Shown here in pieces: positions 18,074 to 27,016 of a stretch of DNA of 64,000 bases. The translations under genes and the position numbers were made by a program. How positions within the stretch are numbered: the first letter of the stretch is position 1; each line of letters starts with the position of its first letter. The notes below the pieces were generated by a model. That model was not told where the DNA came from. It ran no database searches and saw only the letters and a program-made list of their open reading frames with translations. Source of the stretch: Alphaproteobacteria bacterium (GTDB lineage Bacteria > Pseudomonadota > Alphaproteobacteria > RF32 > CAG-239). The DNA is taken from NCBI GenBank assembly GCA_017935485.1, contig JAGBHO010000047.1, positions 99,578 to 163,577 on the forward strand. The letters are read 5' to 3'.

Positions 18074-18934
18074 CTATTTCTTTATGCCGGAGGCCAAAAA
18101 CTCGGGAAGTTTGCGCAGACTGGAGGCTCCTGCGGCATGAAAATGACCGCCGCCGCCGAAGCTTTCGGCAATTTTGGAAACGTCTATGTCTTTTTCGGAA
18201 TAGAAAGTCATTTTCCAATTGTTCTTTTTATCCATGTAAAAGTTAATCATGACATCATAATCGCTGAGGTTGTCAAGGGAATCGAAAAATTCGGAGTAGC
18301 CTTGCGGCATATTGGCGCAAATGCAGCGGTATCCCATATAGCTGCTCTCAAAAGCCAGAGTGCGTACCAGACGGTAGTTGCGGATTTTAATCCAAGATAA
18401 GATGCCCTCGCCTTTTTTGACCATTTCGTTGATGTCGATTTCATTGTTTATCAGCTGCTGCCAGATTTTGTCGGTTGGGCGGTTAACGCCCAATGACTGA
18501 ATGGCATATTCAAACGGACGGACGCGCGGGTCTTTCAAATCAAAAAGGTCATTCAGGCCGAGAAGCCTGATGCCTTCGGGCACGCGCTGATTCGGATAAA
18601 AATATTCCCAAGTCAATACCATGGCGGCTGTTCCGACGCGGCGCAGGCCTTTTATGGCGGTATGTTTACCGTCTGCCATCAGGCGCTCGTATTCGTTGAT
18701 AACCGAAATATGGTGGTCAATCCATGTCAGATTTTTGGTTTTGTTGAGTTCAAACATATACTCAACAGGCAATGCAATGTCGCAGATAACGATATCGTCA
18801 TGCGCTTTTATCTTATCATAGGGGATTTCCATGTCATGATTAAAACCGCAGAATTCGGCATGGGGATATTTGCTGCGGACGATACCGGCGGAGCCTTTGC
18901 CGTCATGGTCAGCAATATGATAGATGCATAACAT
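18074..18934 (-). CDS. DHH-family phosphoesterase
   Basis: Motifs HIADHDGKGS, ICDIA, WIDHH, and the DHHA1-type GGGGHFHAAG at the C-terminus. Confidence 0.7.
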   Translation of the reverse strand: MLCIYHIADHDGKGSAGIVRSKYPHAEFCGFNHDMEIPYDKIKAHDDIVICDIALPVEYMFELNKTKNLTWIDHHISVINEYERLMADGKHTAIKGLRRVGTAAMVLTWEYFYPNQRVPEGIRLLGLNDLFDLKDPRVRPFEYAIQSLGVNRPTDKIWQQLINNEIDINEMVKKGEGILSWIKIRNYRLVRTLAFESSYMGYRCICANMPQGYSEFFDSLDNLSDYDVMINFYMDKKNNWKMTFYSEKDIDVSKIAESFGGGGHFHAAGASSLRKLPEFLASGIKK

Positions 18935-18953
18935 GGTAAATTCACCCTTTCTT

Positions 18954-19739
18954 CTAAAATTCCAAACTCAGATTGTCATAAGCCGGTTCCGTGTTTGCCG
19001 GCGTCGAGGCCCTGACGGCTTCGTAATCGCATTCCGATGCCATATGGTTAAGGACGGCTCTTTCCGGCTTTATTTGTTCAATATAAGCGGTTACTTCGTC
19101 AAGTCCGGCATGAAATTGCTGTCCGTAAGGCGTTGTTAACGGCATTACCAACAAGGCAGGTTTTCTTTTTATCATACCAAACACGCTGTCGTCAAGGGTT
19201 TTGAAGTCTGCAATGTATACAAGTTCGCCGTCGTTAAAGGCATAGCCGACGCTTTCAATATTGTGGCCGAGAAGTTTTAACGGCGTGATTTTCAACCCTT
19301 TGATAAAAAACGGCTGATTGACTGTTATCAGATTGGAAATCAGGCTGGGACGGCGGACAACGTCGCAGCTTTTCTGCTTTTGGGCAATCAGGTAGGAGAA
19401 GCGTTCTTCGATATGCGAGTTGCTGAATTCCGTTGCGTAATAGTTCAGGCTTTGTCCGGTGATGCGGTTGATTTCCCGTAATTCGTCAATGCCGTGCAGG
19501 TGGTCGGCATGAACATGGGTATATAACACGCCGTCAAGGCTGCGGATATTGTTTTGTATCAGCTGGAGCCTTAAATCGGGAGAGGTATCAATCAGCAGGC
19601 GGACACCGTTGTAGTCCAAATAAGTTGACGTACGGGTGCGGATGTTTTTGGGATTATGCGGATCGCAATCGCCAAAACCGCAGCATAAAGACGGAACTCC
19701 GGGAGCAGCGCCGCTGCCCAAAAAGGTAATCTTGCGCAT
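18954..19739 (-). CDS. MBL-fold metallo-hydrolase
   Basis: HVHADHLHG (HxHxDH) motif. Start set at ATG 19739 (MRKITFLGSGAAPG), 2 nt after the tatD stop. The longer track ORF overlaps tatD. Confidence 0.75.
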   Translation of the reverse strand: MRKITFLGSGAAPGVPSLCCGFGDCDPHNPKNIRTRTSTYLDYNGVRLLIDTSPDLRLQLIQNNIRSLDGVLYTHVHADHLHGIDELREINRITGQSLNYYATEFSNSHIEERFSYLIAQKQKSCDVVRRPSLISNLITVNQPFFIKGLKITPLKLLGHNIESVGYAFNDGELVYIADFKTLDDSVFGMIKRKPALLVMPLTTPYGQQFHAGLDEVTAYIEQIKPERAVLNHMASECDYEAVRASTPANTEPAYDNLSLEF

Positions 19740-19740
19740 T

Positions 19741-20535
19741 TTAATACTCGTATCTCCCTTTATCGCTGGCTTTGCGGAACAGACGGTAAAAGTTGTCCGA
19801 GGTGATCTGTGCCAGTTTTTCAAAAGGAATATCTTTCAGCTGAGCCAGCTTTTCGGCAGTATGAACAACAAAAGACGGTTCGTTGCGGCGGCCGCGCAGC
19901 GGGATGGGGGCAAGAAAAGGAGAATCTGTTTCCACAAGCAGGCGATCCAGCGGGATTTCTCTGAAAATCTCCCGCAGTTCCGCCGAACGGTTGAAAGTGA
20001 TAATTCCCGAAGCGGAAATATAAAAACCAATCGACAGGGCAAAATCAGCCAGTTTTTTAGATGTCGAGAAGCAATGAATTTCTCCGGCAAACGGCGTCTT
20101 CTTGTAGCAGTCGCCCAAAATGGAAATTGTGTCATCATCGGCGTCTCTGGTATGGATAATCAGAGGCAGTCCGGTTTGCTGTGCTGCTTTTATTTGTTCG
20201 ATAAATACTTTTTGCTGGATGTCTTTGGGCGAATAGTCATAGTAGTAGTCCAATCCGCATTCGCCGATGCCGACAATCTTTTTATGAGCTGATTTTTCAA
20301 TAAAATCTTCGGCTTTGACATTAGGATACTCGGCGGCATTATGCGGATGAACCCCGACGGCGGTGTAGATAAACGGATACTTTTCTGAAATCTTCAACTG
20401 GTTATCCAGTTCACCGATATTGTTGCCGGCGTTTAACATGGCAGTTACGCCGTTTTCACGGGCACGTGCCAGAATATCTTCAAAGTCTTCTTCAAAATCG
20501 TTAAAATCCAAGTGACAGTGACTGTCGATTAACAT
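19741..20535 (-). CDS. tatD: TatD-family hydrolase
   Basis: MLIDSHCHLDF N-terminus, with later GLPLIIHTRDA and ETDSPFL motifs. ATG 20535 lies 2 nt from the holB stop. Confidence 0.85.
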   Translation of the reverse strand: MLIDSHCHLDFNDFEEDFEDILARARENGVTAMLNAGNNIGELDNQLKISEKYPFIYTAVGVHPHNAAEYPNVKAEDFIEKSAHKKIVGIGECGLDYYYDYSPKDIQQKVFIEQIKAAQQTGLPLIIHTRDADDDTISILGDCYKKTPFAGEIHCFSTSKKLADFALSIGFYISASGIITFNRSAELREIFREIPLDRLLVETDSPFLAPIPLRGRRNEPSFVVHTAEKLAQLKDIPFEKLAQITSDNFYRLFRKASDKGRYEY

Positions 20536-20536
20536 T

Positions 20537-21595
20537 TTATATCCTCTTACACAAATTGCTGATAATGGTGATGAGCGCCTGTTTTTTATCAAGGTTCAGA
20601 CTCTCGGTTTCGTTGAATATTTTTAAGGTTTCGTCCCAGCTGTCTGAAATTTTTTCAATCCTGCCGGTTTGCGCCATCAGCCGGCGGATAATTTTGAGAA
20701 TCAGACTTTTAGTCAATTCATAGCTGTCTTCGTTTGCCACGGCTTTATCACAAAAGGCCAGCAGTTCTGATAATTTGAATGCGCTGCCCGCGGAGGTGAG
20801 CTTTTCCAGTTCATGATAGCGTTCCAATGCGCCGTTGTCGGCATAATTCAACGCTTTGCCGATGCTGCCGGAGCAGATTGCAACGAGTTCTTTGATTTCA
20901 TTTTCTTTTATTTCCGGCCGGTAGCGGCGCAGCAGCGAGGCCAGTTCCGCGTCTTTCAGCGGCTTCAGGTTTAATTTGGCGCAGCGGGATTTTATGGTCG
21001 GCAGCAGCCGGTTCGGATTGTGGCTGATGAGCATCAGAACGGTTTTATACGGCGGTTCTTCAAGAATTTTCAAAATTGCGTTGGCGCTTGAGGCGTTCAT
21101 GTCGTCTATGCTGTCAACGATCACAACCCGCCAGCCGTCCTGTGACGAGCGTTTTGACAAGAACTCGTTAATGGTACGGACGTCGTCCACCCGGATAAAT
21201 GCCGAACGTTTTAAGCCTTGAAGTTCTTCTTCCGATAATTGTTCACCGTCTTTTATGGCTTTTAGTATTTTTTTGCGGTCGGTATCGGTGTAGTCGCGCT
21301 CAATAATTTTTAAATCAGGGTGGGAATTGTTGGCAACAAGTTTGAAAACCGGCGTGTCCGGCAAGGTATCCAAAGATGTATACTTGTCTTTTTGTGCAGA
21401 ATTTGCACTCAACAGAAAACGGGCAAACTTATAAGCAAGCGTGGCTTTGCCAATTCCCTCTATGCCGGAAAAAAGCCAGGAATTGTGCAAGGAATTGTTT
21501 TTCCAGGCTTCAAGCAGAAATTTTTCGGCTTCTTCATGGCCGAGCAGATAAGCATTGGTTCGGGGTGTGATATATGCTTCTTCTATTTCTGACAT
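20537..21595 (-). CDS. holB: DNA polymerase III subunit delta-prime
   Basis: AAA-like fold with a degenerate P-loop GIEGIGKATLA and the VVIVDSIDDM box. It sits in the conserved position between tmk and tatD. Confidence 0.8.
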   Translation of the reverse strand: MSEIEEAYITPRTNAYLLGHEEAEKFLLEAWKNNSLHNSWLFSGIEGIGKATLAYKFARFLLSANSAQKDKYTSLDTLPDTPVFKLVANNSHPDLKIIERDYTDTDRKKILKAIKDGEQLSEEELQGLKRSAFIRVDDVRTINEFLSKRSSQDGWRVVIVDSIDDMNASSANAILKILEEPPYKTVLMLISHNPNRLLPTIKSRCAKLNLKPLKDAELASLLRRYRPEIKENEIKELVAICSGSIGKALNYADNGALERYHELEKLTSAGSAFKLSELLAFCDKAVANEDSYELTKSLILKIIRRLMAQTGRIEKISDSWDETLKIFNETESLNLDKKQALITIISNLCKRI

Positions 21596-22251
21596 AGGTT
21601 AACCTTAGATCTTTCACTTACAAGTTTTTTTATGTCTTCATGCAGCTCGTCAATGCTTTTATCGGCGTTCAAAACCGCAAAGCGCTGCGGTTCCCGAGCA
21701 GCCAGTTCAAGGTATCCGGCCCGCAGATTGTTATGAAATTCCAGCCCCCTGCTCTCATGTCTGGTTTCTTTGACGGCCATGGTTCGGGATTTTGCCATTG
21801 AACGCGCCAGGCCGATTTGGGGATCAATATCCAGAATAATGGTCAAATCCGGCTTAAAATCACCGACAACCATTTTATACAGGTCGTCCAACATTTCCAT
21901 GGAAATGCGCTTGTTGTAGCCGTAATACTGATAAGCCACGGTAGAATCGGCAAAGCGATCGCTTAAGACCCAGGTTCCGTTTTCCAGAGCCGGCCAGATT
22001 TTGTTGGTCAGGTGGATGCGGCGGTCGGCATAATATAATAAGGCCTCGGCTACGGCATCGCATTTGTCTTTGTCTCCGGTAACCAGAATGCGGCGCAGCT
22101 CCTGCCCGATATCCGTTCCGCCGGGTTCTTTGGTTGCGATGTTGGCAATGCCGGCTTTTTGCAAGACCTCGGCCAACAAGCGGAGCTGAGTGGATTTTCC
22201 GGTTCCTTCTCCGCCTTCAAAGGTAATGAACAGTCCTTTTTCGTTCCTCAT
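21583..22251 (-). CDS. tmk: dTMP kinase
   Basis: P-loop FITFEGGEGTGKSTQ, DRF motif, 222 aa. TAATG overlap with the upstream gene. Confidence 0.9.
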   Translation of the reverse strand: MRNEKGLFITFEGGEGTGKSTQLRLLAEVLQKAGIANIATKEPGGTDIGQELRRILVTGDKDKCDAVAEALLYYADRRIHLTNKIWPALENGTWVLSDRFADSTVAYQYYGYNKRISMEMLDDLYKMVVGDFKPDLTIILDIDPQIGLARSMAKSRTMAVKETRHESRGLEFHNNLRAGYLELAAREPQRFAVLNADKSIDELHEDIKKLVSERSKVNLCQK

Positions 22252-23405
22252 TAATTCTTTCCAAACAAAAGATAACGGAAGTTTTCGGCAATTTTACCAA
22301 AGAAGCCCAGTTTGCCGACGTCTTTATCCGCTACCAACGGAACCTCGGCTGCCGGTTGTCCGGGAATCTCAATTTTTACAATACCCAGTTTATCGCCTTT
22401 TTTAATCGGAGCCTGTACCGGTTTGTCATAAACAGCAGTCATTTTGACTTTGTTTACCTGATTTTTTTGCAAAGTGCGCCGGACTTTTTCACTAACAAGC
22501 AGACCGACATTCTGATCGTCGCCGAACCAGACAGGAAGTTCGGCAACTTTTGTTCCCTGTTGCAACATGGTATAATTATCAAACTCCCTGAAGCCCCAGT
22601 TCATGATTTTTTCGGCTTCTTCAGAGCGTTCTTTATTGCTCTTTAAGCCGGCCATAACGCTGATCAGGCGGCGGTTGTCCTTTTGAGCCGAACCGACCAG
22701 GCCAAAGCCGGCTTCTTCGGTATGTCCGGTTTTCAGGCCGTCGGCATAAGGCATGGAGTACAACAACGGATTGCGGTTGCCCTGACGGATATTGTTGTGC
22801 ATAAAGTTCTTCTCGGAGAAAATATGATAGTATTCCGGAAATTCGGAAATCAGGCGGCGGGCAAGTTTGGCCAGATCTTCCACTGACATTCTCTGGTCAG
22901 GATGCGGCCAGCCGGTTGCGTTGGCAAAGGAGCTGTTGTTTAAGCCCAATGCCCGTGCTTTTTTGTTCATTTCCGCGGCAAAATCTTCTTCGCTGCCGGC
23001 CAGATTTTCGGCGGCGACAATACAGGCATCGTTGCCGGACTGGATAATCATGCCTTTAATCAGGTCTTCGACCCGCACTTTTTCGCCAATAGAAAGAAAC
23101 ATGGTTGAGCTGCCGCTGGCGGCTCCGCCTTTGCGCCAGGCGTTTTCGCTGACCGTAAAGGTATCATCCAAAGACAAAGAACCGTCTTTTATTTTTTCAA
23201 AAACCATGTAAATTGTCATGAGTTTGCTCATAGATGCCGGCGGAATCATTCTCTGGGCATCTTTGGCAGTCAAAACCTGTCCGGTTTCATAATCCATCAA
23301 GATGAGGTTTTTGGCTTTGGTTTCAATAGCCTGAGACGGTGCGGCGCCGAAAAGCATGCCGCTGAAAAGAATTGTCGATATATATAATCTGCTGTTGGAT
23401 GACAT
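22251..23405 (-). CDS. D-alanyl-D-alanine carboxypeptidase (PBP5/6 family)
   Basis: Signal peptide, then SMSKLMT (SxxK), SGND (SxN) and KTGHT (KTG). Confidence 0.85.
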   Translation of the reverse strand: MSSNSRLYISTILFSGMLFGAAPSQAIETKAKNLILMDYETGQVLTAKDAQRMIPPASMSKLMTIYMVFEKIKDGSLSLDDTFTVSENAWRKGGAASGSSTMFLSIGEKVRVEDLIKGMIIQSGNDACIVAAENLAGSEEDFAAEMNKKARALGLNNSSFANATGWPHPDQRMSVEDLAKLARRLISEFPEYYHIFSEKNFMHNNIRQGNRNPLLYSMPYADGLKTGHTEEAGFGLVGSAQKDNRRLISVMAGLKSNKERSEEAEKIMNWGFREFDNYTMLQQGTKVAELPVWFGDDQNVGLLVSEKVRRTLQKNQVNKVKMTAVYDKPVQAPIKKGDKLGIVKIEIPGQPAAEVPLVADKDVGKLGFFGKIAENFRYLLFGKN

Positions 23406-23421
23406 TTTATGACCTTTCTTA

Positions 23422-24303
23422 TTAATCTTTTATGATAGTAGCTTCGGCAACGCCGGAACCCTGAACCTTTGCCAATGCCAGTTTGGCATCGTTTTCATTA
23501 TTGTACGGCCCCAAACGGACGCGGTAAAACCGCCAGCCGTCTACAGTCGTCGGCGATGTTACCGTATTGCCGATGCTGTTCAAACGGCGGCTCAGGCGTC
23601 CGGCAATTTCCTGATTGGAGAAAGCGCCGGCCTGTACAAAATACTTTTTCTTTTCCGAGGCTACGGCACGGGCATATTTGGCTTCGGCGCCGACTGCCTG
23701 AATTTTATCTCCGGCAGAGGTATAAGCCGTCGGAGCCGGTGCCGGCGTGTTCCGGATGGCAATTTGAATGTCTTCTTTGTTAAGAAGCGCCTGCTTCAAT
23801 TGTTGGCTTTCTTCTTTCATAACCTCGACCCGCACTTTGGCCGTTCCCTGATTCTGGAAGCCCAGCAATTGGGCGCCGCGTTTGGAAATGTCTATAATCC
23901 GGTTACCGACAAAAGGTCCGCGGTCGTTTACGCGCAGTACCAGCGAGCGGCCGTTTTCCAGATTGGTCACCCGCACAATGGAGGGCAACGGCAGAGTTTT
24001 GTGGGCAGCGGTCAGGCTGTTCATGTCATAGACTTCGCCGTTGGCGGTATATTTTGCATGAAAATCTTTACCGTACCATGAAGCTATACCGGTTTCGTTA
24101 TAGTCAAAGTCTTCTTGCGGCGTGTACCATTTTCCCATAACTTTATAGGGTTTTCCTACTTTATAAGAGCTGCCTTTGGTGTTGAACACAACATCTTGTG
24201 ACAAGTTCAGGCTTTTATCCTGACTTGCGCAGGCGTTCAACAGCACAAGCGCCGTGAAAAGTATTGAGCGGCATAGTATTTTATTATTAAAAATCATTTG
24301 CAT
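23422..24303 (-). CDS. rlpA: septal ring lytic transglycosylase RlpA-family lipoprotein with a SPOR domain
   Basis: Lipobox LLNAC. DPBB core (ASWYGKDFHAKYTANGEVYD...AAHKTLPLPSIVRVTNLENGRSLVLRVNDRGPF). SPOR-like C-terminus (YFVQAGAFSNQEIAGRL...YRVRLGPY). Confidence 0.8.
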   Translation of the reverse strand: MQMIFNNKILCRSILFTALVLLNACASQDKSLNLSQDVVFNTKGSSYKVGKPYKVMGKWYTPQEDFDYNETGIASWYGKDFHAKYTANGEVYDMNSLTAAHKTLPLPSIVRVTNLENGRSLVLRVNDRGPFVGNRIIDISKRGAQLLGFQNQGTAKVRVEVMKEESQQLKQALLNKEDIQIAIRNTPAPAPTAYTSAGDKIQAVGAEAKYARAVASEKKKYFVQAGAFSNQEIAGRLSRRLNSIGNTVTSPTTVDGWRFYRVRLGPYNNENDAKLALAKVQGSGVAEATIIKD

Positions 24304-24370
24304 CCCTTAGTTCAATTTTATATTTGGCCTAATTTACCTTGTTTTTTGTTGTTCGTAAAGCTGATAAAAA

Positions 24371-25660
24371 TTACTTGTGTAATTTTTGCCCGGTTTTTTT
24401 CTTTTTTACATCGGCTTCGAATCCGATTTTGGGGTTATAATTGTTTATTTTTTGCAATAATTTTTGGTCGGGATAGCCGTCTGCCGGTAATTTTGCCCGT
24501 TTTTGTACCTCTTTGACGGCATCTCTCGTCTTGCTGCCCAGCTGGCCGTCTTCGTCAAGAGAAAACCAGCCGAGTTTATTAATAAATGACTGAATTTTTA
24601 CAATATCGTCCGTTTTCAGGCGAACCGACGAATCTTCTTCCAGTTTTTTCCAGCTTTTTCCGGTTTGAAAATAGTCTGCCAAAGTGCCGATGGCCAGAGC
24701 ATAATTCTCTGAGCGATTCCACTTCATTATCAGGAAGAAGTTAGGCAGCAGCAGATAAGCGTTGCCCTTGCGCCCTTCCGGCACAATAACCGAGGCTTTT
24801 ATGTCTTTGGGCAGGTTAAGCGCTTTTTTGTTTATGTCTTTAACGCCAAGTTTTTGCCATTCGGCAATGGTTTTGCCGTTTGTCCGTCCGGTTTGTGAAA
24901 AGTCAAAATTCCATGGCAACGTTACACGCATTCCCCAAGGCGTATTTTTATCCCATCCCATTTGGGAGAGGTAATTGGCGGCCGATGCCGCAGCGTCTTC
25001 GAAAGAATGCCAGATGTCAATTTCGCCGTCGCCGTTGTAATCGACGGCATAAGCATTGAAGGTGGACGGCATAAACTGAAAATGTCCCATTGCACCGGCC
25101 CAGGAACCAATCATTTTGGTATGGTCGATGTTATAGGTATCTACGATTTTTAACGCCTGATAAAGCTGTTCGCGGAAAAATGCGGGCCGGCGCCTGTCAT
25201 AACTCAGGTTAACCAGAACCTCAATTGTAGAAAAATTGCCGAATATTGTGCCGTAACTTGTTTCGGCCCCCCAGAAAGCCATTAAATATTCAGGTTGTAC
25301 GCCGTATTTGGTACTGATATTATCCAATAACGGTTTCAGCTCTTTATAATGTTTTTGTCCGATGTCTACGCGCGGTTTGCTGACTATGCGGTTGATGTAG
25401 TCCGTGGATGTCAGGGCAAACTCCAACTGTTTGCGGTCAATTTTTACGGCTTCCGGCTGAGGGTGATAATAATTTTTGGAAAAAACTTTTTTGACGGTGG
25501 ACTTGGAAATGCCGCGATTAAGCATATCTTGTTTTAAGTCATTCAGCCAGATGACGTATTCTTTGGGCGGTTGATTTTCATCGGCCAGCGAAGCCGTGCA
25601 GGATGTGGTTCCCAGCATGAAAAAAACGGCCAGCAGCGAGAGCTTTTGGGATATGCGCAT
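24371..25660 (-). CDS. lytic murein transglycosylase (MltB/SLT_2 type) with a C-terminal peptidoglycan-binding domain
   Basis: Signal peptide. Motifs AFWGAETSYG, GAMGHFQFMPSTF and NYALAIG. C-terminal PG_binding_1-like repeat (DGQLGSKTRDAVKEVQKRAKLPADGYP). Confidence 0.8.
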   Translation of the reverse strand: MRISQKLSLLAVFFMLGTTSCTASLADENQPPKEYVIWLNDLKQDMLNRGISKSTVKKVFSKNYYHPQPEAVKIDRKQLEFALTSTDYINRIVSKPRVDIGQKHYKELKPLLDNISTKYGVQPEYLMAFWGAETSYGTIFGNFSTIEVLVNLSYDRRRPAFFREQLYQALKIVDTYNIDHTKMIGSWAGAMGHFQFMPSTFNAYAVDYNGDGEIDIWHSFEDAAASAANYLSQMGWDKNTPWGMRVTLPWNFDFSQTGRTNGKTIAEWQKLGVKDINKKALNLPKDIKASVIVPEGRKGNAYLLLPNFFLIMKWNRSENYALAIGTLADYFQTGKSWKKLEEDSSVRLKTDDIVKIQSFINKLGWFSLDEDGQLGSKTRDAVKEVQKRAKLPADGYPDQKLLQKINNYNPKIGFEADVKKKKTGQKLHK

Positions 25661-25795
25661 TATTGTTAAAATCCTAAAAAATTATTATTTGTAGCCAGTA
25701 TATCTTAAAGATGTTTGAAAAAAGATTAATATTGCCGTAAAAATAGGCGTTTTTGAGCGTATATTATTAAAAATCGGATTTGTGAAAAAAATTGC

Positions 25796-25824
25796 TTGAC
25801 CTTTGGGACGGATTAATATAAATA
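25796..25824 (+). promoter_or_regulatory. sigma70-like promoter candidate for tRNA-Ser
   Basis: TTGACC (25796-25801), 17-nt spacer, TAAATA (25819-25824), about 25 nt upstream of the tRNA. Confidence 0.3.
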
Positions 25825-25850
25825 GTATTGCCATAAACCGATTGCCTTAT

Positions 25851-25940
25851 GGAGAGGTGGCAGAGTGGTTTAATGCAGCGGTCTTGAAAACCGTCGTGGG
25901 AGCGATCCCACCCAGAGTTCGAATCTCTGCCTCTCCGCCA
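25851..25940 (+). tRNA. tRNA-Ser (anticodon UGA)
   Basis: 90-nt class II tRNA. Acceptor GGAGAGG/CCTCTCC, anticodon loop CTTGAAA, long variable arm (GTGGGAGCGATCCCAC), T arm with TTCGAAT, encoded CCA. Confidence 0.95.
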
Positions 25941-25947
25941 TTACGAC

Positions 25948-25977
25948 AGCCTGATTTTTGTATCAGGCTTTTTTTTG
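25948..25977 (+). terminator. rho-independent terminator after tRNA-Ser
   Basis: Perfect stem AGCCTGAT / ATCAGGCT followed by T8. Confidence 0.8.
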
Positions 25978-26142
25978 TAGGCGGAGATACGCATCGAACG
26001 GCGCAGATGGCTTGTTCTCTGCGGGCAGAGCTTTCAATTAATAGCTTCGTGATCTAATTTTTAGAATCTAAAATAGTTTCGCATAAATCAAAAAAGATAA
26101 TTTGCGATATTTCTTTAAAAGGATTGTTTGTAATTATATCCA

Positions 26143-26808
26143 TTATTTATCTACCTGTATATAATTAATAATATCCTTAAATCCTTCAAAAACAAGCAAT
26201 GGTAATGAAGAGTTTATTTTGTTTTTGATATATCCGTCTTCCATAAATTTACCTTTGCCGAGTAAAATTGGTTGAATGTCAGCATTATATGCACATTCGG
26301 TATCTTGTTTAGTATCGCCTATTAACCAGACATTGTCTTTATTTATTTTATATGCTACGTCATCTAATGCTATAAAAACAGGGGCCGGATTAGGTTTATT
26401 TAGCGGGGCGTCTCCATTTCCTAGAATTTTTTTAAATGAGATTTTAGGAAAACAGAACTCAATTTCTTTTAGTAATAAAGATTTTTCTTTATTTGAAATA
26501 ATATACAGGTCTATTTTATTTTGGTTACAAAATTTAAGGAAATCATTGGCATTTTCCATCGGAGATACTTTATTATAAGCGTACTTCATATAGTATTTTA
26601 AATATTCATTATAAGCTATCTGGGCATTTTTACCAAAAAAATTGGGAAAATTTTCTTTTAATGATTTTTTTGTATCTCTATATTTAACTTTTGTAATATC
26701 CCAAGGCTCTTTATTATATTTTTTTAAAATGTATTCCATTGCTTCTACGACGGAGTTTCGAGTGTGTGCTAACGTATCATCCCAATCCAATAAAATAGCT
26801 TTTGGCAT
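26143..26808 (-). CDS. HAD-superfamily hydrolase, in a markedly AT-rich segment
   Basis: Motif I LLDWDDTL, motif II IISN, motif IV-like GDTKQD. Composition is visibly more AT-rich than the neighbouring genes. Confidence 0.7.
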   Translation of the reverse strand: MPKAILLDWDDTLAHTRNSVVEAMEYILKKYNKEPWDITKVKYRDTKKSLKENFPNFFGKNAQIAYNEYLKYYMKYAYNKVSPMENANDFLKFCNQNKIDLYIISNKEKSLLLKEIEFCFPKISFKKILGNGDAPLNKPNPAPVFIALDDVAYKINKDNVWLIGDTKQDTECAYNADIQPILLGKGKFMEDGYIKNKINSSLPLLVFEGFKDIINYIQVDK

Positions 26809-27016
26809 TTATTTACTCCTTTCTTTTGTATTAAAAAACGCTTGTTTTTCTAATTTTTGCCCTTTTTACAATCATTTGATCTGCTTGTTGATGTTCTATT
26901 TCGGAAAATAATCAGCCTCGGCAGAGTTTATGAAAAAGTACGAGCTTCGGAAGACTGCGGTGGAAACTCAAACAGCACAGATGACTTGTTCGTCGGCTGT
27001 TTTTTAACGAAAAAAA

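Noticed and set aside
25803-26057. 84-aa ORF overlapping tRNA-Ser, and likewise 57265..57585 (-) and 57453..57807 (+) around tRNA-Pro
   Set aside because: They read through tRNA genes, terminators and att-like repeats. They are spurious.
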